A DNA stretch of 25,473 bases. Source: Saprospiraceae bacterium (GTDB lineage Bacteria; Bacteroidota; Bacteroidia; Chitinophagales; Saprospiraceae). A program made the position numbers and the translations under genes. Shown here piece after piece: positions 1-8,161 of this stretch. The notes beneath the pieces were generated by a model. That model was not told where the DNA came from, did no database searches, and was given only the letters and a program-made list of their open reading frames with translations. The stretch covers positions 1 to 25,473 of the forward strand of contig JAEUUM010000036.1 of the NCBI GenBank assembly GCA_016787375.1. The letters run 5' to 3'. Positions within the stretch are counted from its first letter, which is position 1; every line of letters starts with the position of its first letter.

Positions 1-2484
1 AAAGCCATATTTCGAAATTACTTGCTCATTCAATCTGTCAATTGACTCGTCTGAAAGAACTTCAAAAGCAGGATCATCCACTTTTTTCAATGTCCATCCT
101 GTACCTGGTTCTAGTTTATTGTTTGTCATTATTGTGTCAACAAATGTCAACACGAAATCACCCTTTTTGGTGTCTATTGGATTATAAATTTTAACGTCAA
201 TTGGACCTCTTCCAGGAATATAAGTTACCTCTCCGTTAAAACTCGGTTCGAACATCAACATTCTCTGGTCGTCACTAACCGCCAAGTCATTTCCTCCTGC
301 ACCATTTCCATCTATTCGCGTAATTACTGCAGGTGTACCATAATCAGCATTCTGATCGACATCAATGATTGGTCTTGGTATCCCTACGGCAGTAGATATT
401 CTTCTGCCCTCAAGGTATGGAGTTCTTTGACCTAGGCCTGTTATTGGATCAAATTGCTCAAAATTATTGTATGCATAAGCTACGACTTTAAAATAATATT
501 GCTTGTGGTTAACCAATCTTCTGTCGCCTTTTGCAAAAACATCTTCTTTTATGCTAAATGTTCTTTTTATTCCTTTGTCCTGACTGATGGTTTTAAGAGT
601 AGGAATCCAATATTTTTCATTTGTAGTTGAACCAGGTTTGTCAACTGTTGTCCAATTGAATATTTTTGAAACCCCATTTTTGAGGTCATAAATTCCGATT
701 AGCTGGGCTTTGTCCGGATCACTTAATTCGAGATTTGTAACTTCTGAACCTGAAACTTGGTAGATTTTATAACCTTCGAATCTGTAAAGGGTATCAGAAG
801 TTCCTTTTGGAGCTCTTAAATCAACTCCGGTATAATCTTCATGAGCATTATTTGATGAAAGTGAATCATTGGTTAACACCATAATCAATTCATTATTTAA
901 TTCAATGAAGTCAACATCCGGTGCGTCGGGTCCGTCTGTTACTTTAAAGCAATTATCAAACAATGCTTGTGCCAAATCATCTGCATTTGTTAATCTTGCA
1001 GGGTTTGGACAAGGGTGAGGTATGTTTGCTACCCAAACAACTCCAATAATAAGCTCATTTTTCTTACCTGGATCTAATCTGAAAGGACCTGAAGCTTGTA
1101 GAGTTCTTCGGTCACCAATTCCTAAATTTGCAGTACACATGCTCCAACCAGGACCATTTGGATCATCCGGGAAAGTATATTTTGTTGGTGTTCCAACTAT
1201 AGAATATCCTGAACCTCCTTTTTTGATAATTGTACCATCTCTCCACGAACCTGACAAATACCTGTAATGCTCAATGGCGCCATTTGGATCCTCTGTACCG
1301 GGAGGATTTGTTCCAACTCCACCATTGTTGTAATAAATAAAAGATGACATTCCTATTTCATTACCATTTTCATCATTTGGTCCCCTGAAATAGTCTATTC
1401 CCAACATTGGTATTTTATCGTTGTAAGTCGGTGTACCATTACAAGTAGTTCCAGGATCACCATCTATTGCGTCTTGATTGTAGATATACATCAAACTTCT
1501 TGATGTATCACAACCAATATAATCATCACTCGCACAACCTAAGTCAGGGTCAGTCCACATAGCAAAGAATGTACTATCTATGGGTTCTATTGCTCTGTTG
1601 ATAAGTTTGAATCTGTAAAAAGTCATGTCATTTAACTCATCATTGGATGCATATGCGAAGGCCTGAACCTGCACTTCCATTTTGATTGCATCTCCTTGAG
1701 TTTGCGTGTGAACATCACCTGCGTCATTGTAGATCCAAAAAACCATTTGATCCGGATAGTTGGTCAATTCACAACCTCTAATCTCGATAACAGGGTAATC
1801 ACCTTCCTTTGGGTTATATACAAAATCCGGTGTTCCCTCATCGTGAAATCCCGCAAGACCATTATCGTCATCTGGTAAATCGAAACCATTTATTTCCTCA
1901 AAGTAAGGATTACCTCTTGATGGCCAACCTTTGACATCTGCGGGTATCAAGTTTGGATCGTACTTATACTCACCACTAATAGGATCAAAGCTCTTTTTGA
2001 AATTATCAATATGAGATTTGATATTTGAACCCAACACGTTAAAGTGCCTGTCCCATTTAGCACAAGTCGCCTCTTCAACTAAACCTCCACTTGTCAGTGG
2101 GCCGGGCCAGAAGTCATTTCCGGCAGAACGATATGTTTGTGCTGCCATTTTTAGGTTACCTCCATCATCAAATCCTCCAAGCCAAACAGCTCCGGCGAAT
2201 ATGGATGACACTTCAGGAATCCCTTTTCCGGGTTCAACATTAGGTACAATGTACTTAGGGTCATTTAAATCCCACCACATATCACCTCCTCCCAATAATC
2301 GTGCACGCACGTTATTGATGTTCAGGTCAATGGAAGATGTTGATGGTTTACAAGCAGCCCTGTTAGAGGTTTTCTTTTTGTAAACAACAACTCCTGTTCC
2401 TTGATTGGGATTTTCTCTCGCCTCAATTTTTCCAATTGTCAACAACATTACGAGGCTGAGCAAACCAATACAAAGCTTTTTCAT
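1..2484 (-). CDS. Large secreted protein (>828 aa, C-terminus truncated by the window edge); conserved-type partner of the upstream TonB-dependent receptor; contains an Fn3-like segment
   Basis: Translated by hand: ATG at 2484-2482, no stop down to base 1. It begins MKKLCIGLLSLVMLLTIGKIEA|RENP (SPI-like signal). Motifs include DLNINNVRARLLGGGDMWWD, FAGAVWLGG, NDFWPGPL, FWIYNDAG, MWTDPDLGCASDDYIGCD, GDRRTLQASGPF and FEGYKIYQ...YYFKVVAYAYN. It starts 33 bp after the TBDR stop. The + strand ORFs listed over this region are shadows. Confidence 0.9.
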   Translation of the reverse strand, partial: MKKLCIGLLSLVMLLTIGKIEARENPNQGTGVVVYKKKTSNRAACKPSTSSIDLNINNVRARLLGGGDMWWDLNDPKYIVPNVEPGKGIPEVSSIFAGAVWLGGFDDGGNLKMAAQTYRSAGNDFWPGPLTSGGLVEEATCAKWDRHFNVLGSNIKSHIDNFKKSFDPISGEYKYDPNLIPADVKGWPSRGNPYFEEINGFDLPDDDNGLAGFHDEGTPDFVYNPKEGDYPVIEIRGCELTNYPDQMVFWIYNDAGDVHTQTQGDAIKMEVQVQAFAYASNDELNDMTFYRFKLINRAIEPIDSTFFAMWTDPDLGCASDDYIGCDTSRSLMYIYNQDAIDGDPGTTCNGTPTYNDKIPMLGIDYFRGPNDENGNEIGMSSFIYYNNGGVGTNPPGTEDPNGAIEHYRYLSGSWRDGTIIKKGGSGYSIVGTPTKYTFPDDPNGPGWSMCTANLGIGDRRTLQASGPFRLDPGKKNELIIGVVWVANIPHPCPNPARLTNADDLAQALFDNCFKVTDGPDAPDVDFIELNNELIMVLTNDSLSSNNAHEDYTGVDLRAPKGTSDTLYRFEGYKIYQVSGSEVTNLELSDPDKAQLIGIYDLKNGVSKIFNWTTVDKPGSTTNEKYWIPTLKTISQDKGIKRTFSIKEDVFAKGDRRLVNHKQYYFKVVAYAYNNFEQFDPITGLGQRTPYLEGRRISTAVGIPRPIIDVDQNADYGTPAVITRIDGNGAGGNDLAVSDDQRMLMFEPSFNGEVTYIPGRGPIDVKIYNPIDTKKGDFVLTFVDTIMTNNKLEPGTGWTLKKVDDPAFEVLSDESIDRLNEQVISKYGF

Positions 2485-2517
2485 GTCAAAAGTTTTTAAA
2501 TATTAATCAATAATCAA

Positions 2518-5500
2518 TTAAAACTGAAATAATGCACCGAGGTATAGCCTTCTTGGTGGTGCATAATTATCAGGGTTTAGTACATACCACTGGAATGAAT
2601 CAATATATGCTTCAGAATCTCTGCCTGAAACAGCAATATTATTGATATCCTGAATACCACGTGGTGAAACTAAATAACCAGAATCATCTGCAGAACCTGT
2701 TACAGGATATGCTCCAATAACTGTTCTCAAATCAAGTATGTTTTGAGCTCTGAAATAAACATTCAGATACAAATCTTTTTTGCTGTTTTCTGAACGATTT
2801 AGGTTGATATTTTTGTCAACCTTTAAGTTCAAGAAGAATCTCCATGGTAAACGGGCACCGTTAATGGCACCAGCAAATCCAGAACCTCCACGAGGAGTTG
2901 GAACGATATTTCGTGTATACGGTCTTCCTGAAATTGCTCTGGCATCAATGTTGATTCCTAAATCTTCAAGTATTGGGATACCTCTGAATTTAGGTCCATT
3001 ATATCTCTTACCAGACTCGTATCTCCAATCAACATTCAAATTGAATGAATGTCTTTCATCGAAGTTTAGTGGGAATAGTGTTCTGATATTTCCTCTCTGA
3101 GTCAAACCTGCCTGTGAGTTTGCATCAGAACCTGTTCCATCAGCAAATTGTAGGGTATAGTTTGCATTTAACATCAGATTACCAGTCCTTCTGTAATCAT
3201 AACCAACAGAAAATCCTTTAACAGTACCAAAGTCAATGTTATCATAAGTGTCGTAAGAAGAAACCGGAGCAGGAATAAATAAAAGAGTTCTGCTTTGAAT
3301 CATGTTACGCATCTCTTTGTAGTACGATGAGATTTTGATAGCCGTAGCATTTGTAAGTTTTTGCTGGAACCCAACCTCGTAATCTATTGTTTTTTCAGGT
3401 TTAAGATTTGGGTTATTAACCTGACCTGGTCTGATTGATGGATCTTCGAAATAGTAGTAGTTAAGTGGTGTAAACAACGTGTTAGAGGTAGGTCTTTGCA
3501 CCAAAATATCATAGTGAGCGAAGAAGTTGGCATCTTCAGAGATTGGGAACGAGAATGCCAAACGTGGCATCAAGTTTATTTGTCTCTTATAGTCTTCAAA
3601 TGAAGTATTTGGGTCAAAATTTGGATCCCGAATATCATTTAATGCATTCTTGTATTTTGGCGTTACAATTTGACCGCCAAAAATTATATTTCCATCGTTT
3701 GCTCTAGTTCCATTGTTGAAATACCATTGTTCACCGGTTCTAAAAGCCCTAACTGAATTTGAGCCCTTTTGAGTTACGTACACTTTGTAGTCATCACCAA
3801 CAGCTCCAGGTCTGATTTGAGAAGGGTTATTATCATAAAACTCCTTGGCAGTCATGATCTCGTAAAGTGAATACTGATCTTTAAGAACTTTTGTATTAAT
3901 ATCATACATGTCGGCTCTCACCCCTACTCTGAAAATTATATCCTTAAAAGTAAACTTATCCTGAATATAACCCGCGGCATATATAGGTTTAAAAGGAGCT
4001 ACCGGGAACAACTGCTTACCATTTGCATCTTTGGATGTAAAAAAGTCATTAAATGTCACACTGTTTGATAACTCATTGCCTAAATAATCATAGCCATAAA
4101 ACGATGCAAGACCACGGTCTGTCAATTCACGTGAACTGAACATATCCAGCCTTAGAATTGAAGGGTCAAGTTTGTCAACTTCAACATATTGATCCAGACC
4201 AATTCCAAGGGTTTTTCTGATTTCTTTGTAAAAACTACCGTCAATATCATCAACTTTATTTGCAAAAGAGTCTGCAACTATTTGAGATCCGTCAGCTAGC
4301 GTAAAAATGTGATCTGCTTCTGCGACTTTTGAAGTATCTACACCTGGAATTTGTTGGTTTTGAAGTAATTGAGCTCTGGTCCAAAGACCTCTTGGAGCAA
4401 CAGAATATGATCTGGATGTTCTTTCTTCGTAAAATACACCAATTTGAATGTTGTGCTTACCTCTCTCAGAACCTCCTGGTAAGAAATCAAATCCTAGAGT
4501 ACCAGAGAATGTTCTTCTTTCAGCTCTTGATTTTTGATAACTATTGTAGATGTCATTCACATTTGTGTGGAAACCCCAAACTGAAGTGAAGGCATCATTG
4601 GCACGACCATTCCTTTGAATATAGTCAAGGTCGGTTGTTGCATCGGTAATTAGCTTATTGTAGTTCGCTAAACCCGGATTTTTACTATTTGTTGGGTTAT
4701 ATCCGATAAAGAATCTTGTGTTGTCCACGTGTCTCGGAACACCGTCTTGGTCAAATGCAATTGCGCCTCTGTATCCAAAGTCGAATTCAGCAACATGACC
4801 ATAGTCAAAGAAATTATCTTTGAACCTGCTGTCATAACTTAAATTTGTTCCATTCTGGTAGAAAAATTGTAGCGTATAAGATGCATTTCTGAAAGCAGAC
4901 AATTGTGCTTTTGCATCTTCACCCTCGCTTATGTTGGCATTGCCAAGTCGGTGTCTGAATCTGAAGTTGAAACGTGAAGTGTTGGCAAATGCCTCAGGGT
5001 TGTTCTGAGCGTTCAATAACCACCAAGTATTTCCAGGAGAGAATTTGTTATAGTCTCTGCTATATGTTCCGTTTAGCGAAACATCTATCTTCTTATTTAT
5101 ACGCCAATCTAATTTACCATTTAAGTCAATTCTGTTTGACTCTTCATTTGGTCTAACTTTAACCAGATCAACATCACCATTCTTGTTTGTCAATAATTCG
5201 CCAGTCTGCACCAAAAAGTTTTCACCGATTCTGGTAATAGGATCTGCAGCAACTCTGTCTATAGCAGCCTGGTTTGCTGTGTAAATTCCGACCGCACTTG
5301 GGTTATCATCTTTATACCCTGTATAACTACCCGAAAGTCGGTATCCAAGTATTGATTCTTTGGTATCCTTTTTACGTAAAATTGGACCACTTAAATTTAT
5401 ATTAAGCAGGTTGTATCCATATTTATCGAATAAAGCCGAAGTTTCAGCTTCAACCCCACCGGAAAATTTCTGTGAAGGTCCTTTGGTCGACCCTGAAATT

Positions 5501-6144
5501 ACACCACCTGTTGCGTCACCATATTCTGCGCCCAATCCACCGGTTATTACTTGAAGTTGCTCAAGATCCCAAACAGGTACAAAGTTTCCGCTAACAGGCA
5601 TTCCATCAAGCCAATACACCGTATTTGTACTTCTTGAACCCCTAATGGTAATGCTACCACTTTCACCTGAAGTTGATACTCCGGCGGTACTTGCAGCAAT
5701 GGCATTAACATTTCTTTGGGGTAAATTTCTGATTTGCTCAGCTGTAACGACTGATCCTTGTGTAGTATTATCTTGTTCAATTAGTGGCACTTTGTATGCT
5801 ACAATTTCGACTTCATTCATTACAACACCTTTTGAAAGCTTTATGTTGACAACGTTTGCTTTGCCTTGTTTAACAATTACACCTTCAACTTGCTTGGTGG
5901 TGAACCCAACGTAGCTGGCTTCGATTGTGTAGGTACCAGGATCAACAGGTGATATGCTAAAAAACCCATCAAAGTCAGTCTGGGCACCAGTTATAAGCAC
6001 GCCACCTTTAAATAGCTTAACTGTTGCCAACTCAGCTACTGCACCTGTTTCTTCTTCAGTAATCTTACCTTCAAGCGAGGTTTGTGCATACATCCCTGCC
6101 GCTGTGAACAATAGAGTTGCAAATAGTAATAAACGTTTGATCAT
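2518..6144 (-). CDS. TonB-dependent receptor-like outer-membrane protein (carboxypeptidase-regulatory-like N-domain, plug, large beta-barrel; Oar-like)
   Basis: 1208 aa. Signal peptide ends GMYA|Q. N-domain carries GAQTDFDGFFSISPVDPGTYTIEASYVGF. TonB-box-like MNEVEIVA. Plug motif QVITGGLGAEYGDATGGVI. Barrel motifs PRLAFSFPI, NPNLKPEKTIDYEVGF and alternating strands. Terminal Phe (LGALFQF). Confidence 0.9.
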   Translation of the reverse strand: MIKRLLLFATLLFTAAGMYAQTSLEGKITEEETGAVAELATVKLFKGGVLITGAQTDFDGFFSISPVDPGTYTIEASYVGFTTKQVEGVIVKQGKANVVNIKLSKGVVMNEVEIVAYKVPLIEQDNTTQGSVVTAEQIRNLPQRNVNAIAASTAGVSTSGESGSITIRGSRSTNTVYWLDGMPVSGNFVPVWDLEQLQVITGGLGAEYGDATGGVISGSTKGPSQKFSGGVEAETSALFDKYGYNLLNINLSGPILRKKDTKESILGYRLSGSYTGYKDDNPSAVGIYTANQAAIDRVAADPITRIGENFLVQTGELLTNKNGDVDLVKVRPNEESNRIDLNGKLDWRINKKIDVSLNGTYSRDYNKFSPGNTWWLLNAQNNPEAFANTSRFNFRFRHRLGNANISEGEDAKAQLSAFRNASYTLQFFYQNGTNLSYDSRFKDNFFDYGHVAEFDFGYRGAIAFDQDGVPRHVDNTRFFIGYNPTNSKNPGLANYNKLITDATTDLDYIQRNGRANDAFTSVWGFHTNVNDIYNSYQKSRAERRTFSGTLGFDFLPGGSERGKHNIQIGVFYEERTSRSYSVAPRGLWTRAQLLQNQQIPGVDTSKVAEADHIFTLADGSQIVADSFANKVDDIDGSFYKEIRKTLGIGLDQYVEVDKLDPSILRLDMFSSRELTDRGLASFYGYDYLGNELSNSVTFNDFFTSKDANGKQLFPVAPFKPIYAAGYIQDKFTFKDIIFRVGVRADMYDINTKVLKDQYSLYEIMTAKEFYDNNPSQIRPGAVGDDYKVYVTQKGSNSVRAFRTGEQWYFNNGTRANDGNIIFGGQIVTPKYKNALNDIRDPNFDPNTSFEDYKRQINLMPRLAFSFPISEDANFFAHYDILVQRPTSNTLFTPLNYYYFEDPSIRPGQVNNPNLKPEKTIDYEVGFQQKLTNATAIKISSYYKEMRNMIQSRTLLFIPAPVSSYDTYDNIDFGTVKGFSVGYDYRRTGNLMLNANYTLQFADGTGSDANSQAGLTQRGNIRTLFPLNFDERHSFNLNVDWRYESGKRYNGPKFRGIPILEDLGINIDARAISGRPYTRNIVPTPRGGSGFAGAINGARLPWRFFLNLKVDKNINLNRSENSKKDLYLNVYFRAQNILDLRTVIGAYPVTGSADDSGYLVSPRGIQDINNIAVSGRDSEAYIDSFQWYVLNPDNYAPPRRLYLGALFQF

Positions 6145-6191
6145 ATTCTTCTTATTTGAATGTAAAAAAATCCAAATTCACATTTAGGTTG

Positions 6192-6222
6192 CAATGTTAT
6201 GAAAATTAACTTCTCTGTCAAA
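6192..6222 (-). promoter_or_regulatory. Putative Bacteroidota sigma-A promoter for the TBDR operon
   Basis: Minus strand reads TTTG (6222-6219), 19 nt, then TAACATTG(CA) (6199-6192). This is one mismatch from the TTTG-N19-21-TAnnTTTG consensus, about 48 bp upstream of the ATG. Confidence 0.55.
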
Positions 6223-6266
6223 AAAAAAAGTGAAAATTGTCGCCAATCCGACATAAAAATTTTCAC
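6220..6266 (-). terminator. Putative intrinsic terminator downstream of the serA-like gene
   Basis: Minus strand reads GTGAAAAT-TTTTA-TGTCG-GATTGG-CGACA-ATTTTCAC, followed directly by T10 (6229-6220). The stem is 8+5 bp with a 5-nt bulge and is AU-rich, so only moderately stable. Confidence 0.55.
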
Positions 6267-6342
6267 ACTATCTTAACATTTGTAAAATCATGAAAGCGCA
6301 AAAAATCCAAAATTTCAAATTTATATTCTGAAACAGTTAAAA

Positions 6343-7284
6343 TTAAATGTTTAAAAAATTTAATATTTTGTTTAAAAGTGTATTTGATAGTTTTTGTTTT
6401 GATTCAAAAGTCCACCCAGCAATATGCGGACTTACTACAATATTTTTCAAATCAAACAATGCTTTGTAAAACTCCTTTTCTTTGGGAGAGTAATTTTCAG
6501 GTTTTTCATTCTCAAACACGTCAAGACAAGCTCCAACCAACTTAGCTTCTGTGAGGGCTTCAAGTAAGGCGGAGCTTTGTACAATTTTTCCTCTGCTTGT
6601 GTTGATCAAAATTCCCTTTTTTCTCCAATTATTAAAAAACTCTTCATTTACATAATACTTGGTCTCCTCAGTTAATGGCAGGTGCATTGAAATGATATCA
6701 GATTCTGCGAATAATTCATCCTTACTTACCAAATTAATTCTACCACCCTGGGTGTTAATTTCTTTTTTGTACTTATCGTGAACCAATATTTTCACATCCC
6801 AGGATAATAGCTTTTGTGCAAATGATTCACCGGTATATCCAAACCCTATGATTCCAATAACCTTTCCGCTAATTTCGAATCCACGGTTCTTTTCACGATG
6901 CCACTCAAAATTCCGAACTTCCCGATCCGAATCTATTAAATTATTTGCGAGGCAAAGCAGCATCCCTAATGCATGCTCCGCAACGGCATTGCAGTTACCT
7001 TCCGGTGAATTAAAAACTCCGATTCCCTTTTGGCCCGCATACTCTTTATCAATAATTTCCATTCCTGAACCCAATCTCCCAACAAACTTCAAATTTATGG
7101 CCCGGTCAATAAATTTTTTATCAACCAGTATTTTGCTATTAATGATCAGTCCTGAGTATTGATCAATTATTTTAAATACATCTGTGTAACTTATTTCAGG
7201 AAAATAATCTACCTGAAAGCCGGCTTTTTCAAATCCTTCAAGCAATAAATCATGCACCAAATCAGTCACCAATATTTTTTGCAT
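6343..7284 (-). CDS. serA: D-isomer-specific 2-hydroxyacid dehydrogenase, short D-3-phosphoglycerate dehydrogenase-like (no ACT domain)
   Basis: Motifs RLGSGMEIID, NAVAEH, Rossmann GIIGFGYTG, INTSRG, DVFENE and SPHIAG. The start is re-assigned to ATG 7284 (MQKILVTD, 313 aa), because the 65-aa extension in the track overlaps the divergent gene. Substrate specificity is not proven. Confidence 0.8.
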   Translation of the reverse strand: MQKILVTDLVHDLLLEGFEKAGFQVDYFPEISYTDVFKIIDQYSGLIINSKILVDKKFIDRAINLKFVGRLGSGMEIIDKEYAGQKGIGVFNSPEGNCNAVAEHALGMLLCLANNLIDSDREVRNFEWHREKNRGFEISGKVIGIIGFGYTGESFAQKLLSWDVKILVHDKYKKEINTQGGRINLVSKDELFAESDIISMHLPLTEETKYYVNEEFFNNWRKKGILINTSRGKIVQSSALLEALTEAKLVGACLDVFENEKPENYSPKEKEFYKALFDLKNIVVSPHIAGWTFESKQKLSNTLLNKILNFLNI

Positions 7285-7313
7285 TTTTTGAAAATTTTGA
7301 GCAAAATAACAAT

Positions 7314-7347
7314 CAAAATTATAACTCTGGGTCAAAATCAGATCAAA
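7314..7347 (-). promoter_or_regulatory. Putative sigma-A promoter for the serA-like gene
   Basis: Minus strand TAATTTTG at 7321-7314 (perfect -7 box) and TTTG at 7347-7344. The 22-nt spacer is one longer than consensus. Confidence 0.5.
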
Positions 7348-7350
7348 ATC
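7332..7350. repeat. Tandem direct repeat TCAAAATC x2 with 11-bp period
   Basis: TCAAAATC at 7332-7339 and 7343-7350; additional CAAAAT copies at 7302 and 7314. Confidence 0.6.
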
Positions 7351-7362
7351 TAGATATAGCAT

Positions 7363-7370
7363 TAACTTTG
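7363..7370 (+). promoter_or_regulatory. Putative -7 box for the GGGPS-rsgA operon
   Basis: TAACTTTG is a perfect TAnnTTTG. Its final G is the G of the track's GTG start at 7370, which favours ATG 7385 as the true start. No clear -33 TTTG. Confidence 0.5.
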
Positions 7371-7384
7371 TGAAAAATGGTTTG

Positions 7385-8161
7385 ATGTCAAAAACACTGA
7401 TGCAGCTGCTAGTTGAATCAAAAAATGAAGGCCGAAAACAACTGGGTATTCTTTTGGATCCAGACAAAACGGATATCAAAAATGTTGATACACTTGTTCA
7501 AACAATAGAAAAAGCAGGTGCAGATATAATATTGGTTGGTGGGAGTTTATTGACTTCCAATCATTTCAATGAGATGATTGCGAGTATTAAAAGATTTACC
7601 ACATTACCGGTTGTTTTGTTTCCATCGAGTATTTATCAAATATCAAAAGATGCAGATGCCATAATGTTTTTATCGCTAATCAGTGGCAGAAATCCGGAGC
7701 TTTTAATTGGTAAACATGTCGAAGCGGCCCCAATTTTAAAGCACATTAATATTGAAGTCATTCCAACCGGATACATGCTAATTGATGGTGGAAAACCAAC
7801 TACTGCTTCATACGTGAGCAACACATTGCCAATTCCGGCTAACAAACCAGAGATCGCAGCTTGTACCGCTCTGGCAGGCCAATTTCTTGGGTTACAGCTC
7901 ATTTACCTTGACGCCGGCAGCGGAGCATCAACGCCTGTTTCTAAAGCAATGATTTCATCCGTAAAAAATATTATTCATATTCCTCTTATAGTCGGTGGAG
8001 GAATTAATTCGCCTGAGATGGCCTATGATGCTGCATTGGCCGGAGCCGACCTGGTGGTGGTTGGAAACACTTTTGAAGAGGATCAAAGTTTAATTCCTGC
8101 ATTTGTAACAGCCATCAAGTCCGCAGAAAAAATTATAAAAAACACCATCTCCAATGCTTAG
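7385..8161 (+). CDS. pcrB: Geranylgeranylglyceryl/heptaprenylglyceryl phosphate synthase (GGGPS/PcrB family, group II-like)
   Basis: Motifs LLDPDK, LVGGS, FLSLISGRNPELLIG, PTGYMLIDGG, IYLDAGSGA, VGGGI and VVGN. The start is uncertain (7370 GTG, 7385 ATG or 7400 ATG). Confidence 0.92.
   Translation: MSKTLMQLLVESKNEGRKQLGILLDPDKTDIKNVDTLVQTIEKAGADIILVGGSLLTSNHFNEMIASIKRFTTLPVVLFPSSIYQISKDADAIMFLSLISGRNPELLIGKHVEAAPILKHINIEVIPTGYMLIDGGKPTTASYVSNTLPIPANKPEIAACTALAGQFLGLQLIYLDAGSGASTPVSKAMISSVKNIIHIPLIVGGGINSPEMAYDAALAGADLVVVGNTFEEDQSLIPAFVTAIKSAEKIIKNTISNA

Noticed and set aside
1-6144. Classical SusC/SusD polysaccharide utilisation locus
   Set aside because: The plug lacks the SusC signature, the downstream gene is an SPI protein far larger than SusD with no lipobox, and no CAZyme or sensor is visible.
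1022-6187. Short + strand ORFs and 5547..5780 (-) over the TBDR operon
   Set aside because: They are shadow frames of two long, motif-rich minus-strand genes and have no recognisable domains.
7370-7384. GTG start for pcrB
   Set aside because: Its G is the last base of a perfect -7 box, so it probably lies upstream of the transcription start.
7285-7479. 65-aa N-terminal extension of the serA-like ORF in the track
   Set aside because: It overlaps the divergent pcrB start and both promoter boxes; the family-like sequence begins at MQKILVTD (7284).
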